This document shows positions 45,948 to 59,351 of a stretch of 64,000 nt of DNA, one piece after another. Within the stretch, counting starts at the first letter, position 1. Each line of letters begins with the position of its first letter. The stretch spans positions 5,568,001 through 5,632,000 of the forward strand of contig CM000151.3 in NCBI GenBank assembly GCA_000004695.1. Direction: 5' to 3'. The stretch comes from Dictyostelium discoideum (lineage: Eukaryota). The notes beneath the pieces are model-generated. The model worked only from the letters and a program-made list of their open reading frames with translations. It had not been told where the DNA came from and searched no databases. The translations under genes were made by a program, and so were the position numbers.

Positions 45948-46936
45948 ATGAATGAAAATTCTATTTTTGTTTCTATTATAAGTTATAGGGATAGTGGTAT
46001 ATATTTTTTATTTTTATTCTTATTTTATAACAATAATTGTTAAGTAAAAAAAAAAAAAAAAAAAAATTTATAAAATTTAACAACTTTTTTTTTTAATTTA
46101 TAAAATTTTAGAATGTCAATGGACTATCAAGAATTTAATTGAATTAGCAAAATATAAAGAAAATATATTCATTGGAGTATGTTTACAATATTCAATGAAT
46201 GATGATAGTGATAATAAATGTTTTCAATTTAACTTTGAAGAAGAATATGGTAAAAATCAAATAAGAATTATTAGAATGAATCATACAGAGGCCAAAGGAC
46301 CATGCTATGCAAGAGCATTAGTTCAACAACAATTATTCAAAGGTGAAAAATATTATCTTCAAATTGATAGTCATATGAGATTTGTAAAAGATTGGGATAT
46401 AGAAATGATAAATCAATTATTACAATGTAAAAAACCAAATGATGATAATGGTGGTATGGTTATTGATGAAAAAGCAATTTTAACATGTTATCCAATGGGA
46501 TATAAATTACCAAATTTAATACCAACTCATAGATTTCCAATATTATTAGTGGCAAGTGGATTTGGAGAGAATGATGGTTTCTTAAGATTAGGCGGTAAAA
46601 TTGTATCAAAAAAGTTAATTGAACCATGTTCATCATTATTTTGGGTTTCAGGTTTTAGTTTTTCACGTTCAGATATAATTAATAGTGTACCATATGATCC
46701 AAATTTACAATATCTTTTCTTTGGTGAAGAGATATCAATGTCTGCACGTTTATTCACTCATGGTTATAATTTTTATAGTCCAACTAAAACTTTAATTTTT
46801 CATCTTTGGAATAGAGATTATCGTTCAACATTTAGAGAAAATAATTCTTTAGAGATTCAAAAATTGGAAGAAAATTCAAAAAAAAGGTTATTAATTTTAT
46901 TTAATCAAAATAATAATAATATTAATGATAATGATG

Positions 46937-47032
<96 letters not shown>

Positions 47033-47053
47033 GTAGTAGTAGTAGTAGTAGTA

Positions 47054-47092
<39 letters not shown>

Positions 47093-47102
47093 GTAGTAGT
47101 AC

Positions 47103-47135
<33 letters not shown>

Positions 47136-47334
47136 TGATGGAATTAAAATAGAACTTAAATATAACCTTGGTAAAATTAAAAGTTTAGATGATTATTCAA
47201 ATTATTGTGGTGTAGATTTTAAAAATAAAACGATTAATAATAAAGGTAAATTTGGGGGTTATTATGAAGAAAGAGAAACATTTTTTATGAATGAAATTAT
47301 GGAGTATGTAATTAAATCCCAAATCGGTATTTAA
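45948..47334 (+). CDS. GlcNAc-transferase-like glycosyltransferase (GT60/PF11397 'GlcNAc' family, DxH motif) with a C-terminal poly-N/poly-S tract; join(45948..45996,46112..47334)
   Basis: Exon 1 reads [16 protein letters not shown] with a GTATAT donor at 45997 (phase 1). A 115-nt AT-rich intron ends at AG 46110-11. Exon 2 reads (E)[26 protein letters not shown]…[15 protein letters not shown]…. The motifs IFVSI(A)SYRD.EC and DSH match the family consensus. Confidence 0.75.
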
Positions 47335-47905
47335 ATTGTGTTTAATAAATATAAATTATATTAAGATAATAGATAAAAAACAATTTGAATAAATAAATAA
47401 ATATATTATTATTTTAAAAAAATTATTATTATTTGTATTTCTTTTTTTTTATTATTTTAATTTATTTTAGATTTTTTTTTTATAATAATAATTCTGGCCA
47501 ATTCTACAAAAAAAAAGTACTAAGAGATTTAAAAAGTCATAAAAGATTTTTAAAAAAAAAAAAAAACAAAAAAAAAAAAACGGTTTGTGTGTTGTTTATT
47601 TTTAGTTTTTTTTTTTTTTTTTTGTTTATTTTTTTTTAATCAGTGTTATTACCAAAAACCTCTAATTTATTTATCAAAAATAATAAAAAAAAAAAAAAGA
47701 TTTCATAAATTTATCTGTTCCTTTTTTTTTTTTTTTTTTAAAATCAAACTTTTTTTTTTTTTTTAATTTAAATTTCTTTTATTATTATTTTTTTTTTTTT
47801 TAATTTAAATTTTCTTTTTTTGAATAAAAACTTAATTTAATTTTTAGTTAATCATTTAAATTAAAAACATTAATTATATATTTATTTATTTATTAAAAGA
47901 AAAAA

Positions 47906-48901
47906 ATGAATAAATTATTAAATATTTATTTTAATTCAATTAGACCTGGATCATATTTATTTCCAAGTATTTCAATTGTATTTTTAACACCAGCATTATA
48001 TGTTCAAGATCAGCTTAATTTCGGATTAACATTTTATTCAATTTTTACATTTTATGTTTTATATTATCTTGGATCACAATGGAATACATATTTAGATTAT
48101 ATTACTGGTGTTGATAATAGTAAATCTGATGATAAAACATTATTTGGTGTTATGTCATTAGGTGAATTAAAAATTGCAATGGCTCTATCAGTAATTATCA
48201 ATTATATTTCAATTGGAGTATTATATTTTTATTTAAAATTTATAGAATTGCAATCTGAAAGATTCGGAACAATAGTTTTAATAAATACTTTATTAATAAT
48301 TGTAAATTTATTGTACACCCCATTAAAGTATATTGTAATTGGTCAATTTTCAATAAGATTAACATCATATGTCTTCACCTTATTAATAACATATATAAAC
48401 AGTGGCGTATTCTCATTCTTTGATAGTAATGATCCAATACCTTGTTATTCCTTATTATTCCATTTCTCATATCATCATTGGCATTTGCAAATTGTCTTAG
48501 AGATTTAAAACTTGATAAAGAAAGTGGAATCATTACCATAACAATTCTATTTGGTGAATTTATTTCAAAATATTATTACGTTTTTTGTTTTTTTGTGTAT
48601 GTATAAATTTAAAATAAAATAATAAAAAAAAAAAAAAAAAAAAAAAAATGTTTAGAAAAACTAACTTTTGAAAATAATTAAAAAAAAAAGAACTTATTAT
48701 TATTTATTTTGGTTATCAGGAAAGTTTGGTAATATTTGGTTATTTTTAGTTCCATTATTAATCTTACCATTTTTATTCATCTTTTGTAAGGGTTTCTTAA
48801 AAAATGGAAACTATCAAAAATTAAACCTTAAAACATTCAAATTATATTATTTATTTGGATTTGCAATGTTAATTGGTATAATTATTGGTGGAAAGAAATA
48901 A
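47906..48901 (+). CDS. UBIAD1/MenA-like UbiA-superfamily prenyltransferase; CDS interrupted by an apparent -1 frameshift near 48420-48440, plus one 3' intron (GTATGT at 48597 …AG at 48690)
   Basis: Motif 1 NTYLDYITGVDNSKSDDKTLFGVMSLGE matches UBIAD1 [20 protein letters not shown]. Motif 2 FANCLRDLKLDKESGIITI (NxxRDxxxDxxxGxxT) is present but lies in a different frame from the upstream ORF (47906..48508 versus the frame open from about 48434). No intron can fit between them. The last exon (48691..48901, phase 2 to V-TYYYLFWLSG…IIGGKK*) supplies the final TM helices. Confidence 0.6.
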
Positions 48902-48991
48902 TCATCATACCCCTCTCCCCCCAACTGTCACCCCATCCCAAGTAAATTATAATTTCTTATTTAAATTTTTAATAAATCCAAACTATTTATT

Positions 48992-49088
48992 TTATTGAAT
49001 TGTACAGTCTTTTGATTTATGTTCTTTTTTTATATTTTTTCTTTTCTTTTTTACATGATGACTATTACTATTACTATTACTTAATTCA

Positions 49089-49177
<89 letters not shown>

Positions 49178-49730
49178 GTTATTATTATTATTGATTTCAT
49201 TTTCTGTAGTTGTGGTGGTGGTTGAAATTATTGTTGTTTGACATTTAGATTCTTTTTCAATTGCTGTTATGAACTCAGTATATGAATCTGATCTATGATC
49301 AATAGTTAGAGAACGACGATTAGGTAGTCTAATGAATAAAACTAAGTGGTCACCATCAATAATTCCACTATCTTCAATTGTTGAACCTTCTTCCATTCTT
49401 TTTTTATTTGATAATAGTAAACGTTGTTGATCTGTATATTTAAGAAATTAAAGAATTATAAATTTAAATATTTTATTTTAATTTAATTAAATAAATTTTA
49501 ATTTATATTATAAACAATCAATTAAATCATAATTTTTTTTATTTTTTATTATTATTTGGTTGAATTTTTTATTTTTTATTTTATTTTATTTTTTTTTTTT
49601 TTTTGAAATTCTTACCAAATGGAGTATCTGTATGCTTTTCAATTTTTCTTTTGATATCTTCAGTAGTATCTGATGGATTTACTTCCAATTCAAATGAATG
49701 GCCTAATAAGGATCTAATTGTAATTTTCAT
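48992..49730 (-). CDS. Ubiquitin-like (UBL) domain protein with poly-Thr/poly-Asn and a basic C-terminal tail; join(49730..49616,49431..48992)
   Basis: Exon 1 reads MKITIRSLLGHSFELEVNPSDTTEDIKRKIEKHTDTPF with a GTAAGA donor at 49615 (phase 1). The 184-nt intron ends at AG 49433-32. Exon 2 reads DQQRLLLSNKKRMEEGSTIEDSGIIDGDHLVLFIRL, completing a ubiquitin beta-grasp fold (compare ub: MQIFVKTLTGKTITLEVE…[35 protein letters not shown]). It continues into a (ATT)33-encoded poly-N and a KKKRKNIKKEHK tail. Confidence 0.7.
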
Positions 49731-49815
49731 TTTAAATATTTATTTGTTTATTTATTTTTTTATTTTTTAATTTTTTTATTTTTCTTTTCTTTTCTTTTTT
49801 ATTTTTTTTTTAAAA

Positions 49816-49846
<31 letters not shown>

Positions 49847-49995
49847 ATAAGAGAATAAAAGTTCATTGTTTATCTGAAAAAAAAAAAAAACAAAAATAAA
49901 AAAATAAAAATAAAAAAAATTTGTTTGATTTTGATTTTTTTTTGAAATTTAAGCTAAAATAAGTACATGTTTTCGTTTAAAAAAAAAAAAAAAAT

Positions 49996-50053
49996 TAAAT
50001 AAAATAAAATAAAATAAAATAAAATAAAATAAAATAAAATAAAATAAAATAAA
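49996..50053. repeat. (AAAAT)n pentanucleotide microsatellite, about 11 units
   Basis: The tract aaataaaataaaataaaat… was read directly from the sequence. Confidence 0.9.
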
Positions 50054-50131
50054 GTAAAAAATACTAAAATAAAATAAAAAATATTAAAAATAAAAATATA
50101 TTAATTTGAATTACAATTATAATATATATAA

Positions 50132-50165
<34 letters not shown>

Positions 50166-50503
50166 ATACTTAATTAATTAGCACAATAATTTAATTCAAG
50201 TATCAAAGTTTTAAAGTGAGAGTAAAAAACAAACAAATTTTATTAATTAATTAAAAAAAAAAAAAATTAATTCTGAAAGTTAAAAATAATCACAAAAAAA
50301 AAAAAAATAAAAAATAAAAAAGAAAAAAAATTAAAAAAAAAAAAAGTTACTTATTTTAATTTAATTTCTTTAAAAGTGAAGATAAAAAAAAAGAAAAAAA
50401 GAAAAAAAAAAATATCTTAACGCGTGATTAGTAAAAAAAAAAAATTATAAAAATTAAAAAAATTAAAAAAATTAATTTAAATAATCAACCAATGACTATT
50501 CAC

Positions 50504-50534
<31 letters not shown>

Positions 50535-50737
50535 GCAAATTTAGAAAAGTTAAAAAAAAAAAAATCATCATTGATATTATTATTTTTTTCTATTTTTTAA
50601 TTATTTTCTAATTAATTTTAAAATGTTGACTAAAAAAAAAAAAAAAAAACAAATTTTTTTTTTTTTTTTTAGTTTAGTATTTTTTTTTTTTTCTTCTGAT
50701 AGTGAATAAATTAAATTTATATAAATAATAAAATAAA

Positions 50738-51736
50738 ATGGAACCAATCTTTAAATCAGAAGATAGAATTTGGTATGTGACTGGTACTAGCTCAGGTTTA
50801 GGTTTAAATTTAGTTACACAATTAGCAAAGAAACCAAATACTAAAGTTGTTGCAATTACTCGTAATCCAGCAGAAACAAAAAGTAGAATTGATCCAGAAT
50901 TATTAGAAAATGTTTTTATAATTAAAGCTGACGTTACAAATGAAGAAAGTGTAAAAGAAAGTATTAAACAGACAATGGAAAAATTCGGAAGAATTGATTG
51001 TGTTGTTAATAATGCCGGTTTTGGTATTGCTGGTGCTGTGTAATTATCAAATTTATTATTTTATTTTATAATTAATTATTTTATTTATTTTTATTTTTTT
51101 GTTTAGAATAAAAAAAAAAAAAAAAAAATATTAATTACGATTTAATTTTTTAATTTAAATTTTAGTGAAGAAATTTCAAATGAAGAAATGAGAAAAATCT
51201 TTGATGTCAACTTTTTTGGTCTTTTAAATGTAATTCGTAATGTTAATCCAATCTTGAGAGAACAAAGATCAGGTTTTATCTTCAATATTTCATCAGTTGC
51301 TGGTTGGTTAGGACTTGGTGAATTAAGTGCTTATTGTTCTTCAAAATTTGCTGTCACTGGTTTAACAATTTCTTTAGAACAAGAAATGGCTCAATTCGGT
51401 GTAAAAGTTGTATTAGTATCACCAAGCGGTTTCAAATCAAGTTTTGTTGATACTGGTATGAGTCTTCCAAAGAATAGAATCGATGTATATAAAACTGATG
51501 ATCGTTGTGTATGGTTAGATGATATTGTGAATAATGCACGTGGTAATCCAGATAAATTCTCTGAAGTCGTAATTAACATTTCTGAATCTGAAAACCCACC
51601 TAAAAACATATTTTTAGGAACTCATGCAATGCAATTCATGAGAGGTTGGTTCGCAGCTCAAACTGCTGAATTGGAAAAGAATCTTCCAATTACAATTGGA
51701 ACCGATTATGAAAATGCTCCAAAAATTGAATATTAA
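50738..51736 (+). CDS. Short-chain dehydrogenase/reductase (SDR) family oxidoreductase; join(50738..51039,51166..51736)
   Basis: The Rossmann motif is VTGTSSGLGLNL and NAG is in VVNNAGFGIAGAV. The intron GTAATT at 51040 …AG at 51165 is phase 2 (…GA-V-EEISNEEMRKIFDVNFFG…). The catalytic S…YCSSK (YxxxK) is followed by VLVSPSGFKSSF. Confidence 0.85.
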
Positions 51737-52255
51737 AAATAAAATTTATTTTTTTAATTTTTTCCAACCCCAACGTTTACACAACTGTTTTTATTTTAAA
51801 TTTTAAAATTTTAAATTTAGCAAATGTTTTTCATTTGAAGAAAAAAAAAAATATTATATAAAAATAAATTCAAAAGAACATTAACATTAATTTTCCCATG
51901 TAAATTGAATATTTTTTTTTTAATAATTTAATTTTATTATAAAATAAAAAAATTAAATACTTTTTTTAATAAAAATTAATTTTAACTTTAATAAGTTTAT
52001 AATATTTTTATTTTTGTTTTTTTTTATAAAAATTAATATAAAATAAAAAATTTAAAATAAAAAAAAAAATATCTTGTGATTTTATCTCCATTTTATTGAT
52101 ATTTATTTCCAAAAAAATATCTTTAAATAAATTTTTTACATTTTATAAAAAAAAAAAAAAAATAAAAAAATAATCCTGATATTGATTTGATTTGATTTTA
52201 TTTTAATTGTTTTACAAAATTAAAAAATATTATTATTATAAAAAAAAATAAAAAA

Positions 52256-55200
52256 ATGAAATTAATATTTTTAATATTAATTTCTTTATTATTTATATAT
52301 TTAACTGAATCACAAACACTTGAACCAGGAGAGTATAATTGTTTGTCTGCAATTGCAGAAAAATATAACCCAACTGGATGGTTAAAACAAGAAGGTAGTA
52401 ATTATACATTTTGTACATATAGTGGAATTTCATGTGATGTCAATGGTAGAGTTGAAAAGTAATATATACAGAATTTATTTAATAAAAAAAAAATAAAAAA
52501 AAAAAAAAAAATTGGAAAAAAAAAAGTATTAACCCAAAATTTAAATTTTAAAAAAGATTACAAATTAGTGGTTCAGGGGGTAAAACAAATAAATTTTCAC
52601 AATCAGATTTAAGTTGTGCGACCTACTTTAAACAATTGTAATTATTTAATATTTTTTTTTAATTATTTTGGAATTTGTAAAAAATAATTTTAATAACAAA
52701 AAAAAAAAAAAAAAAAAAAGAGATATAAAATATTTAGATATTGATCCAGGATTAATTTTTTATAAATTTGGGTCATGTAATATTGTATCATATTCTGCAA
52801 CAAATGGACCACAACAAATTAATCAACCTTTACCATCTTATGAAGAATTTACATTATTTTCTTTAAATTTAAATAACTCAATTATCAAAACTTCATATTT
52901 ATGTAATGTTAAAAATTTAAAAATATATGGAAGTGGATATGTAAATTTTATAAGTGATGGTGTCAATTCTTGTAATGGAAATAACAATTTAAATCAAATT
53001 TTGATATGGGCAAATAATTATCCAGATTATTCATATTTCAAAGATAATTTAAAATCAATTACAATGAGTTTTGGATTAGGTTTTGAAAAAGATTCAATCA
53101 ATAATTTTTCAAAGATTTATGCACCAACTGTTGAAATTAATCATTGGATAACTCAAGAGACTACTCCATTCTATGCATCTGAAAATTTCAATATTAAATC
53201 ATTATCTATGAAAGGTTCATTTGAAAAGCAATCATCCATCATTGATTTAAGGCCAAATGTGAATTATGAAAAGGTTAATATTTATGTTTATGGTTTCCAA
53301 TTTAATGTTGATGGTAAACTTCCTATTATAGTTGGTAATAATGTAGAATTTATGTTTACAAATGGTAATATAACCTCATTGCCATCTTTGAAAACATTTG
53401 GTGATAGTTCACATAGAGTTATGATCAATAGTACTATTTCAGTTTCAACAGTATTACCAATATATGATGGAACTGGGCTATCATATGATTTAAGTTTAAA
53501 TAGATTCACAGGTACAATCGATCCTTCATGGTGTAACACTGAAGTAAATTTCCGTTTAAATTCTTTATCAGGTTCAATTCCATCATGTTTTTCCTGTTAT
53601 TTTAATAGTACAAGTACAAGTGATGGATATTTACCAGATATGTATAATAGGTTCGCTGGTAATCAATTCACAACTCAACAACTAAATAAATTTATAGCAT
53701 GTACCACCTTTCGTCCATTGGTTAAAGTATTAAATAAAACAGCTATCAGTGTTCAAGGTATCGATATTGGATTTGATACAAGTAATTGGTTAGTTAATGG
53801 TTCAATTGGTTTTCAAAAAACTATTCCAATTAGAGTTGGTAGTGAATACCACTGTTCACTTTCTTCTGGTAGTTTTGTAGGTGTTGATTATTTTTCAGTG
53901 TTATTCATACTTCCAAATAATAATTTATACACATTTGCAACCAATCCCAAAAAAGAACCAAATCCAAATTTTGTAGTCCTCGAATCGTCTAGATTGAAAA
54001 TTAAAGGTACCTTCTTTTCAAGTTATATCAACTACATTAATCAAAATGTAACATTGGGATCTACTCTATCCACATGTATAATAAAATCTGGTGATTTCTT
54101 TTCAATTGAATGTAGTGCCCCTGAATCAATTTCAGGTAAAACTACTGTAGCCATTGGAACCGGGTCATTGAGAAGAAGAGTTATTGCCAATTTACAAGAT
54201 GGTTTGGTTAATAATAAGACATGTCCAAATGATTGTACAAGTGATACAAATGGTGTTTGTGATCTTACTACTGGAAATTGCCTTTGTGAATTGGGCTTTG
54301 TATATAGTGATTGTAGTGGTATAGATTGTGGATTTTATTGTAATAATGGTTTCTGTGACTTTTTAAATGGTTACTGTTCTTGTAATACAGGTTATACAGG
54401 AATTAATTGTAATATCTCTATGATTGGTTGTCCTTCTACTGACTCAGAAGAATGCTCCAGTAATGGTATTTGTGACTATACTACTGGTTCATGTTCATGT
54501 AATCTTGGTTATCAAGGTATGGATTGCTCGATTAAAGTATTGACCTGCCCAATTGGACTAAATATGCAAATTTGTAGTGGATTTGGTTTTTGTAATAATA
54601 TGACTGGCCTATGTGTATGTGAAATGGGAAGAGCATCAAGCGATTGTAGTGGATTTGAATGTATACCAAATGATTGTTATTCTCGTGGTAGATGTGATTT
54701 TACAGTTGGTAATTGTACTTGCTTTGATAAACAATGGCTAGGAGAGAATTGTTCAATACCATATCAATATATTTCATCAATATCACCATCAACAACAGAT
54801 GGTGGATTAGCAATAATTTATGGATTGTTTGGTGAAGTACATGATGGATTATCAGTTAAACTCGATGGTATAGATTGTAATATTACAAACTATTCATCCG
54901 ATGAAATTTCATTTATAGCACCTCCAGGTACAAGTAAAAAATCATTATCACTATCTCAAAATGGTATTACAATTTATGAAGAATATAGATATGAAAATAA
55001 ACTTCAATTATGCCCAACCAACTGTTCCAGAAATGGAATTTGTAATTCAAGTAATGGAGAATGTAATTGCAATAATGGTTATAGTGGATTTGATTGTAGT
55101 ATTCATTCAGGTAATGGTAATGGTAATCCAACCAATACAACAATTGACCCTTCGACAGGTAGTACAGTTATTACAAACAAAGATATAAATTTCAACATTT

Positions 55201-55997
55201 TTTTTAAATCAATTTCAGAAATTGATTATAATGGAAAAATAGTAAAAGAATATCCATTACAAAATAATTGGGAAATTAATTCAAATAGTAATCAAAGATA
55301 TCAATTAGTTCAAAGTATTCAGGATAATGGAACATGCACAATCACATCAATTATTGAAGAGATTACAAATTCAAATGGTAAAGAATTTATATTTGCAGAT
55401 ACAACATTTACTTTGGAAAAAGGCTCAATCAAATTTACAATTTCAATTAATAACTATACATATGAAAATAATTTAAATACATTACAATTAAAACTTGTAT
55501 CTTTAATTGGTGATAATAATGATGATGATAATGAAAATAGTAGTAATTGTAATAAAAATCAAACAGAGATTGAAACTAATGATAACCAAGAAGGAAAATT
55601 AAATTTTAATTATATTAAAATTTCAAAAGATAATAGAATTTTAGTTGGTAGATTCATAAATAAATTAGTTTCAAATGGTAGATCAACATTTTTATCAACA
55701 ACCATAACAAATGATACTCAGTCATCAGTTATTGTTTCCCTCAACTTACCACATTGTAAAGATTGTTTAATAGATCCAGACTTTTCTTTAGTTATTACAT
55801 CAGATTTTAAATCAAATTGTGGTGATGATGATTCCAAAAATAATTGGGTTATACCAACTGCTGTTGTTATATCAGTGGCTGGTACTGCAATTATTGCTGG
55901 TGCTTTATTATTTTATTATAGAAAAAAGTTTGTTGATGGTAAACTTCAAAAACAATTAAAACAATTAAAAATGAATAAACAAAAAACAAAAAATTAA
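52256..55997 (+). CDS. Type I transmembrane protein with signal peptide, tenascin-type EGF-like repeats and an IPT/TIG domain; proposed join(52256..52458,52557..52637,52721..55997)
   Basis: Exon 1 is signal peptide MKLIFLILISLLFIYLTES…ISCDVNGRVEK with GTAATA at 52459 (phase 2). A GC-richer 81-nt island (LQISGSGGKTNKFSQSDLSCATYFKQ, acceptor AG 52555-56, donor GTAATT 52638) is taken as exon 2. Exon 3 starts at acceptor AG 52719-20 (…L-DIKYLDIDPG…). The ORF-track N-terminus MEFVKNNFNNKKKK… is intron read-through. Downstream are 5+ EGF-like repeats (CPNDCTSDTNGVCD…CNNGFCDFLNGYCSC…), a TIG-like block (SISPSTTDGGLAIIYGLFGE…), a C-terminal TM (VVISVAGTAIIAGALLFYY) and a basic tail. Confidence 0.7.
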
Positions 55998-56592
55998 ATT
56001 TATTCTTAAAAGCAATTGTTTTTGATTTTTTTTTTTTTAAAAAAAAGCCCAAAAATAAATTCAAAAAAAAAAATTAATTCTAATTTGATTAAAACTAAAA
56101 TAAAAATAAAATCTGTTTTTTATTATTGTAAAAATCATTCTAGGGGACTCATATAAAATATTATGAAAAATTTTCAAATTTTGAAAATTGCACAAACTTG
56201 GTTCTTACAACATTTTAATCATTTTTTGTTATTTTTGAAAAAGGACATTTTACAAAAATATCTTTTTTTATTTTTTTTTATTTTTTTTATTTTTTTTTTT
56301 TATTTTTTTTTTCACAAAATTAATATTTTTGAAACTATTATTTTTAACTATTCTAGAATCTGGCTTATTTTAAAAATAAATTATATCTTTTTTTTTTTAA
56401 AAGAATAAGAAATAATCAAAAAAATAAAATAAAATATAAATAAAAATAAAAATAAAAAAAAAAATAAAAATAAAAAAAAAAATTAAAATAAAAAACAGTG
56501 TTCATATGATCAAATTTTTTTTTTTTTTGATTTTTTTTAAAACCTTCTGTTCGTAATTATTTCAAAATTGGTGCGACACACTCGTATCCACA

Positions 56593-59192
56593 ATGAAAAA
56601 ATTAGTCCATAAAGAGTCCCAATGGGAAATCCTTTCACAATTGGGTAAATATTATTATATTTTTAATAATAAAAAAAAAAAAAAAAAAAAAAAAATATTA
56701 ATTTATATAAAACATAATTAAAAAGGTACTGGGGCATTTGGGAGAGTAGTGAAGGCTAAAAAGATAAACTGTGATGGTACAGGTATTATAATTGATATAT
56801 GCGCAATTAAAATCATAAAAAAAAGCGTATTTGTAAGTAAAATATATTAGATTTTTTTTTTTTTTTTTATTATTAACTTTTTTTTTTAAAAAAGACAAAA
56901 AATGAAATTGAAATTTTAAAACAATTAGATCACCCTTTAATTGTTAAATATTATGGTTATGGAGTTGGAGAAATTGATGATAATATTTATATTTATATGG
57001 AGTATATAGATGGATATCCAGTATCTTCAATTTTAAGAAAACAACCAAAAAATCAATTTCCAGAAGATATTATTAGTAAAATTGTAATAGATTTAGCATT
57101 AATTCTTTCTTATATTCATGACAATGAAAGAAAAATTATTCATAGAGATTTAAAATGTGATAATATAATGTTAGTAAATGATAATACTCATAGTTGTGAT
57201 GTCAATGGAAATTGTAGTAGAAATGGTGGTGGAAGTGCTAAATCTGCAAATCAATCATTTTTCACTGAAGATTGTGTTTGTAATGTAAATGGTAGTGGTA
57301 CAGATGAAAATTGTAAATCTTGTAAATTAAAGTCAAAACCAATTAGAGAGATTCAAGGCAGTTGTGAAAGTTGTGGAAGTGATTTAGAACAGGATTCATC
57401 ATCATCATCGTCATCCTCATCGTCAACTATTAATAATGGCCAAAGTTCAACTTGTCGTTTAATAAATTGTATATATAGTGTTAGTAAAAAGATTAAATTA
57501 ATTGATTTTGGATTATCAAAAGGTTGTGATGGTGATTCAAAATATTATTCATTGGTTGGTACATCAACTCATATGCCACCAGAGGTTGCTCTAAGAAATA
57601 ATACAGCATGTAGAAAATCAGATATATGGAGTTTGGGTTGTACTATAATTGAAATGGCTGGAGGTAATCTTTTTGAAAAAGATATTCATGGAAAACCAAA
57701 AATACCTGACCATTTATCTGCAAGTTGTAAAAATTTTATTCAACGTTGTTTAACCATTGATCCAAATCATAGAGATGATATTATAAATTTGATTTCTCAT
57801 AATTTCATTGTAAGTTTTTTTTTTTTTTTTAAAATTATTTATTATAGAAATCAGTTTTTTTAATTTAATTTTTTTTAATTTTAGGATAGGAATAGAATTA
57901 ATGAAGAAATAAAAGAAGATATTAGTAAATCGAAAATTCAATTTGATGATGAATTTAATGAAATAATATCACCAGGAGATTTAGATAGTGTAAATGAAGT
58001 TGTATTTGGGTTTGATTTCAATCAAACCATTATACCTGGGACTATGAATTCTGTGAAAAAAATAGAATTTGGTGGTTCATTTAATAAAGAATTATTGATA
58101 GATTCACTTCCATCAGCAACATCAATAACATTTGGTGCACGTTTCAATAATGGGAATAAACCTTTTGCTATTGGAGCAATACCATCAACTTGTAAATCTA
58201 TTACATTTGGTTGGACATATAACCAACCATTTTATCCAGGTATTTTACCCAATTCATTAAAAAAATTAATATTTCAAGAAGGTGGTGATTTCAATAGAAT
58301 TTTAGAGGTTGGTTCGCTACCTTCATCAATTACCACATTAATTTTGGGTGATTATGATCAAAAAATAGAAAAAGGTGTATTACCAAGCTCTTTAACCATA
58401 TTGGAATTAGGAGGGGAATTTAATCAACCTTTAGAGGGATCCATACCAGACTCGGTGACTTCACTAACATTAGGATATAGATTTAATAAAGCTTTAACTG
58501 AAAATTGCATTCCACCAAATTGTAAATTTTTAAAATTCGGATCCAACTTCAATAAAGATTTATCACCTGGAATCCTACCATCATCCATTGAAACATTAAT
58601 ATTAGGTTATTGCTTCAATAAAGAACTTGTGGAAGGTTCTCTACCTTTATCAATCACTACATTAATATATGAACATAGAGATAATCAGAAAAAAGTCTCT
58701 TATGATTATAAGGAGGTCACAAATCTCTCCAAAGATTTAGAGGAAAATGAAATAATACCATTAACTCCGGAATCACTACCAGAATCAATCACTAAATTAA
58801 CAATTGGTAAAAATCAAAATCATGTAATAGAATTCAATTGTTTACCACCTGATCTTCAATGTTTAAAGTATCATGGTGGTTTTATTCGTCCACTAATTCC
58901 ACGTGATTTACCATCCTCAATTACATCTGTAAAACTATATAATTATAATTATGAAATTAAAAAAACCTCAATTCCTAAATCAGTTACTTCCTTACAACTT
59001 GGATCTCGTCACAATAAATTTACTCAAATTCAATCCCTATCAAATTTTCATCCAAATATGCGTGATTTAAAAATATATATAAATGATGATGATATTGATA
59101 TCTATAACTTAAAAGATATTATTCCACAAACAATTACAAGTTTAATCATTAATGGTGACAATATTGATTTACCAATTGGAATTGAAAATTAA
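56593..59192 (+). CDS. FNIP-repeat-containing protein kinase (STE/MAP3K-like catalytic domain followed by about 10 FNIP repeats); join(56593..56644,56726..56832,56895..57809,57885..59192)
   Basis: Exon 1 reads MKKLVHKESQWEILSQLG with GTAAAT (phase 1). Exon 2 reads GTGAFGRVVKAKK…ICAIKIIKKSVF (GxGxFG and AIK) with GTAAGT at 56833. Exon 3 reads TKNEIEILKQLDHPLIVKYYGY…IIHRDLKCDNIML…IKLIDFGLSK…GTSTHMPPEV…SDIWSLGCTIIEM… with GTAAGT at 57810. Exon 4 reads DRNRINEE… then FNIP repeats (…IEFGGSFNKELLIDSLPSATSITFGARFN…). A Ser/Cys/Asn-rich insert lies between kinase subdomains VIb and VII. All introns are 62-81 nt and AT-rich. Confidence 0.8.
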
Positions 59193-59351
59193 AAATAATA
59201 CTTATAATAAAATAAATAAATAATAATAATAAAAAAAAACAGTATTTTATTTAATTATTTAATTTTTTTATTTAATTTTTTTATTTTATTTTTATTTTTT
59301 TATTATTATTATTATTTTATTTTTATTTTTATTATATATATATTTTTTTTT

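Noticed and set aside
48407-48500. A 94-nt intron (GTATTC…AG) as the explanation for the UBIAD1 frame change
   Set aside because: No donor/acceptor phase combination reproduces the NxxRDxxxD motif. The two frames overlap within about 20 nt, so a 1-nt indel is the simpler explanation.
52668-52720. ORF-track N-terminus MEFVKNNFNNKKKKKKKR of the 1109-aa ORF
   Set aside because: This is intron read-through (poly-A tract). The true 5' end is the signal-peptide exon at 52256 joined by splicing.
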